A DNA stretch of 64,000 nt. Origin: a virus. The DNA lies in the IMG/VR virus record IMGVR_UViG_3300022555_000046. One strand, given 5' to 3'. The translations under genes were made by a program, and so were the position numbers. Each line of letters begins with the position of its first letter. Positions within the stretch are counted from its first letter, which is position 1. Of the stretch, positions 62,401 to 64,000 are shown piece by piece. A model generated the notes under the pieces. That model made no database searches. It saw nothing but the letters and a program-made list of their open reading frames with translations, and had not been told where the DNA came from.

Positions 62401-64000
62401 AGACAGACGGTCCCAGTTACTCAAAGAATTTGGCGTTCAAGTGGAAGACGGACAGGGTGGGGAAGATCAACGTGCGCTTTGGCAACGAGCCACCGAAAGG
62501 GATGCGGAATACCGGAGTGTGAATGGCTTAACCCCGGTTAATTACAAGGACGTACCTATTGAGGAAAAGGTCATCCCGGCAGAAGTTCCTTTAATGAAGG
62601 AAATTCAAGCCCTTCAGGAGGCCACCAAGAAAAATCCCGCCCCAGAGTCTCAGAAGAATGTACAGTCTATTATTAACGGGCTGGCAAAGAAGGCTGTTAA
62701 TGGACTTGATGCGGTTGTGGTACAGTCTCAGGAAGACCTTCCTGCCGACATAAGGGCTGGAATTGAAGGGAATGCATCTCCCGGGGCAAAGGTAAATATC
62801 AGGGGTGTTTATGACCCTTGGAACGGGAAGATTTACTTCATTGCCGACAATCTTAAGAATGAGAATGATGCCGTGGCCACATGGGTTCACGAGCAGGGGA
62901 TTCACCGTGGCCTCAGATCGCTGATTGAAAAGCCAGAGGAATTAGATAAACTGCTTGGGAAAATATATGACTCCGTGGGAATGGATAAGATATCCCAAAC
63001 CATCGACAGGTCGTATATTAATTCGTTTAACAGCGGTAAGATCGGGAAAGAAGGTTTGGCCGAGGAGTATCTTGCCAAGATTGCCGAGAAGATCATTACC
63101 AAAGAGGACCTCAATAAAATGGAGAAGGGAATATGGCAGCAGGTTGTCGATTTTGTTCGCAATGCCATAAAATCCTTTATCGGGAAAGACGTGGCTCTTA
63201 CAGATAACGAAATTGCCGATATCATCAAGGCCAGTACCGCCTCTGTATATGAAAGAGAGTCTCCGTTCTTCCCAAGTCAAGGAGGTAATGTCATGCCTCA
63301 CATGGATGAGTTTATGACCGGGGAAGAGTCTTTCAGAAGTATAGGAATAAACCCAAATAAGACAAATAACCTCAGAAAAATATATGAGAAAATAAATGAG
63401 TATTACGAGCGTAAAAAATGGAGGGTAACCGACAGGCTTAAGTCGGAAAAGGATAAAAAAGGAGACGAATTAGCCCGTATAATTGCTCACAACAAGAGTG
63501 TTAGGCACCAGATCATCCCCAGACTATCTAAGTTTATCGCCTTAGAGGTTGAACACATGATAGACACATACGGAATGTCAGACCGTAGCGGAGTTGGCTG
63601 GTATACAAAGCAGTACGAAAAGGCTATCGACACACTCAGTACTGTGTATCCAGAGTTAAAAACAAACGAACATGGGGAGCGTGACCTATTCACAATGCTC
63701 ACGGCCATTACCAGCGATCAAACCGAGGTTAATGACAATCTTCAGGCTGCTGTTGAAATATATGAGGCTTACAAAAACAATGGCTCTAAAAAAATACCTT
63801 ATGCTACCGGAGGTGGGACAAAAACAGAATCTTACGACCTTAATATAGATAGGATAAACGAACTACTTGAGAGTCCTGAATTTGATGGAGACATCAAAAA
63901 ATTAAGCAAGTGGTTGATGGAAAAAAAGACCGGAACTAAGTTTCGTAAAGAGGCAAAAGAACTTGGAATTAAATACAATAGCGGGTGGGAAGATAAGATG
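56489..64000 (+). CDS. Giant polyvalent virion-type protein (>2504 aa, truncated): YDYRGAW domain, TPR, Gly-zipper region, B12-binding-like plus radical SAM, SAM-lyase-like, metallopeptidase, HhH-like
   Basis: Manually translated from ATG 56489 to window end with no stop; GCLFHCAFC at 61043-61069; HEQGIH at 62888-62905. Confidence 0.9.
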   Translation, partial: MDENTKLPPIDLSGLTGANKGASLPPIDLSGLKKKEEPVNPSDAFSMDAGKNLGGGSPISPIQPSSSEDGTSKAAPGPVVPKEVKPVPQPTPGFNTTKLSPKDEEGFQKFWNENPRVQAWKQDQRLTKGGEDSPDNPDYDYRGAWKSGITPVATKNPSTKKWELNWGNFGSDGQDLKSPNNPTKWKSDYQQAVGVDPDKIGITEARAKAEIAPITSEQEYQDGLDKPKDPVQIERENMWLNQSYLMPRIAMKDAADKGDLTTVVQMLSNLEKTRPADPYANQLPYWAAKKAAENDARNVIVQSGIVDGSPTPDDVKGILARDPSIYDKYGVSGFLDKALALNPDDPTLNGQKVVMAANSGNWKDALLYADKLMSLPPDPNKLAQMEREHMALGAKTKAMQNLSREEQGSNTPEHTKIMNDEVDKLTDQRTVLGDAIKEEQNQWYNRRSSMDYIVAQGVGNSLIGKGVQAFLPPGSTDPAFDPWAGYTPSTTESVAAGFVSLLIDSGPMLPVAGWGTVGKGAAEFGMEGLGAFSVGAKPAEMAVDWAIKKNALKAAEKTIAQFVANGMRESTARKAVAYLSDEMINGATASVIKNAAVSAGSLSAYGMMSETATQLADPKNTLKSINWSQVLKRGGEDFLLGGAVGAIGAGTEIGKGSVGEWGADTGLSKQSISTLKANVSAAGFATEVGVFTVGGTMFDPKKQLSDLTFKDFVLSAIPLVGLKIPHILISGTEWVKAQNFDKGKVNEGVFRVELTPDEISLMYDYKGRPKGRTDKNGNYKLNAFPSSDEVINSLNNDPNQLQWFLRSGSIPIETKAKLMYAIEGLMPDTGTPVVSRIDTKSDGGKSVLIAYNAADEPVFARKYGDADAAEKDAMRFTTLIMERQKRTDANSMTVQQKVNISQRLKAGEADVATLKMGLDKYETPWDRTPLEQKEVDRFDAEVAKEKEIEAKRQDALYKSAKKKMEDGEALSREESNIVKLRDENPLSLDDAVQRVRNLVEPPPIETGLLPKKGESEPVIKPEIPIIPATGSRIEWDKPDDGSDPILGSYKLDDDNHVQIEQVTTQYQKPSRIGRLLGKDGQFVPVSPYWEVNVTGDKFGESTGIHRAETRVGAEKIANEIINKNTDENVNSENAIRVLSPDGRRQTVNPGTILGGGETTQEGNRLVSGETGEVKPSSVVFLDGKAFVVKGISGDKFDLGDGNIVDKSKVLVVGDEGSGKPVKSLLDRPVSEVNPVDINDKSLNDEVKYRTNRLNVEVLDHETAAVSAQVLNMMSDPANAGKSLNEVIDQAVGEYEAFRKVDKEPINGADPVISKDAKGSETTTPSFSLNDAVRNSPKNKGNNLWVRMDPGKDNSDRVLLVQFSNSDLLNRGRLTGDPTELYYDKLYRTRPGFDRTFDFWEIPLWMSRLSHIVDKSDVYVVRDMDEAIKFIKEAGYDRVAFSTLMINEPHISRIAEEIPGQKISVGGYTEFKSLSEKPNVTVYKTVSEFAVQNGYPDVHGYSYRHFRGTRVIPRLSMSEGCLFHCAFCSEIPRVITETPKDIIDSQVESIKDLDARLIYLDDKTFGQSKNHTYLTEIYKRIKEVNPDFEGFIIQTTAGQMLKFDNQFLEDAHIKYVELGIESFNDPILRRLHKPALEKQMELAAEKLRENKINFIPNLVVGFEGKDKVGDTETDWSETPESYARTADYLNKNLDIISHINVNSLALYDGTELSDNIGANIEGNNNQNVVEKPYQKNPSVHRQAILDFTKIASKALDRVPYGPEPLAKPDMINSLNPDGTISAIFVAPYRDLKITSVEDATSVRERPEYKAYIKGMHELGRIMKVEIKNIDHTIGIFEGIPEVSNRVEVNAKTLDEAEQFAALLGVMSHETQKATIASRYVEPDAPSDGVSDRIIELEFKVDNVEGVLKALKDAGLDATLLDEKGRVQILDFYDNKNEEFNSQVDKFATNLKENGITIEDQTARPVDSRYVTEDRRSQLLKEFGVQVEDGQGGEDQRALWQRATERDAEYRSVNGLTPVNYKDVPIEEKVIPAEVPLMKEIQALQEATKKNPAPESQKNVQSIINGLAKKAVNGLDAVVVQSQEDLPADIRAGIEGNASPGAKVNIRGVYDPWNGKIYFIADNLKNENDAVATWVHEQGIHRGLRSLIEKPEELDKLLGKIYDSVGMDKISQTIDRSYINSFNSGKIGKEGLAEEYLAKIAEKIITKEDLNKMEKGIWQQVVDFVRNAIKSFIGKDVALTDNEIADIIKASTASVYERESPFFPSQGGNVMPHMDEFMTGEESFRSIGINPNKTNNLRKIYEKINEYYERKKWRVTDRLKSEKDKKGDELARIIAHNKSVRHQIIPRLSKFIALEVEHMIDTYGMSDRSGVGWYTKQYEKAIDTLSTVYPELKTNEHGERDLFTMLTAITSDQTEVNDNLQAAVEIYEAYKNNGSKKIPYATGGGTKTESYDLNIDRINELLESPEFDGDIKKLSKWLMEKKTGTKFRKEAKELGIKYNSGWEDKM
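59865..60053 (+). CDS. Nested 62-aa ORF in +1 frame inside the giant gene
   Basis: MKTSIVKTPSGYLVQTDEGKPLTPALSLEEAKQRKKAIDSY..; preceded by TAATAAAAACACAG, like other starts in this genome. Confidence 0.45.
   Translation: MKTSIVKTPSGYLVQTDEGKPLTPALSLEEAKQRKKAIDSYQGRLAKLNQAPLSSSMEKPLL

Noticed and set aside
62343-62522. Second +1-frame nested ORF (59 aa, MESPSKIK..)
   Set aside because: Mostly low complexity and no recognisable family pattern; much weaker than 59865-60053.
63875-63895. EFDGD resembling the RNA polymerase DxDGD motif
   Set aside because: First Asp is Glu, no NAD or surrounding double-psi barrel context; lies in a helical region. No virion RNAP call in this window.
1-64000. 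Stop-codon reassignment as in some crAss-like phages
   Set aside because: Large genes are intact under the standard code, and no suppressor tRNA was found.

Overview
This window is part of a dsDNA tailed-phage genome with a crAss-like (podovirus-type) virion module. The host is inferred to be Bacteroidota from at least ten TTGACA-N17/18-TAnnTTTG-type promoters and AT-rich, mostly SD-less starts. Standard genetic code. Layout: (1) 1-14.4 kb, minus strand: early and replication genes (DnaB, DUF1376-type initiator, Gp3-like recombination protein plus PD-(D/E)XK nuclease, short beta-clamp-like protein, Topo VI-A-like TOPRIM protein, ParB, circularly permuted GHKL ATPase, many small ORFs, and a SAM-lyase-like first gene). 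(2) 14.4-17.3 kb: divergent control region with two long structured boxA-containing leaders, a tRNA-like element, a dif-like XerCD site and CATATG iteron-like repeats. (3) 17.3-22.5 kb, plus strand: small middle genes. (4) 22.5-26.5 kb, minus strand: RHH regulator, four-domain GroES fusion, YopX, ASCH and a separately transcribed 27-aa Gly/Lys peptide. (5) 26.6-64 kb, plus strand: terminase, portal, scaffold, capsid, fibres, a two-domain glycosyltransferase, ring and muzzle-like tail proteins, lysis-type membrane proteins and ejection-type proteins. The most important feature is missing from the supplied ORF track because it runs off the window: a >2504-aa ORF (56489 to >64000, +). By manual translation it carries a cobalamin-binding-like domain plus a radical SAM domain (CxxxCxxC), then a SAM-lyase-like domain, a zincin-like metallopeptidase and a possible HhH-like domain. 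Together with the early SAM-lyase-like gene, this suggests a SAM-centred counter-defence or DNA-modifying system delivered with the virion. All family assignments come from manual translation and motif recognition; no database searches were run.
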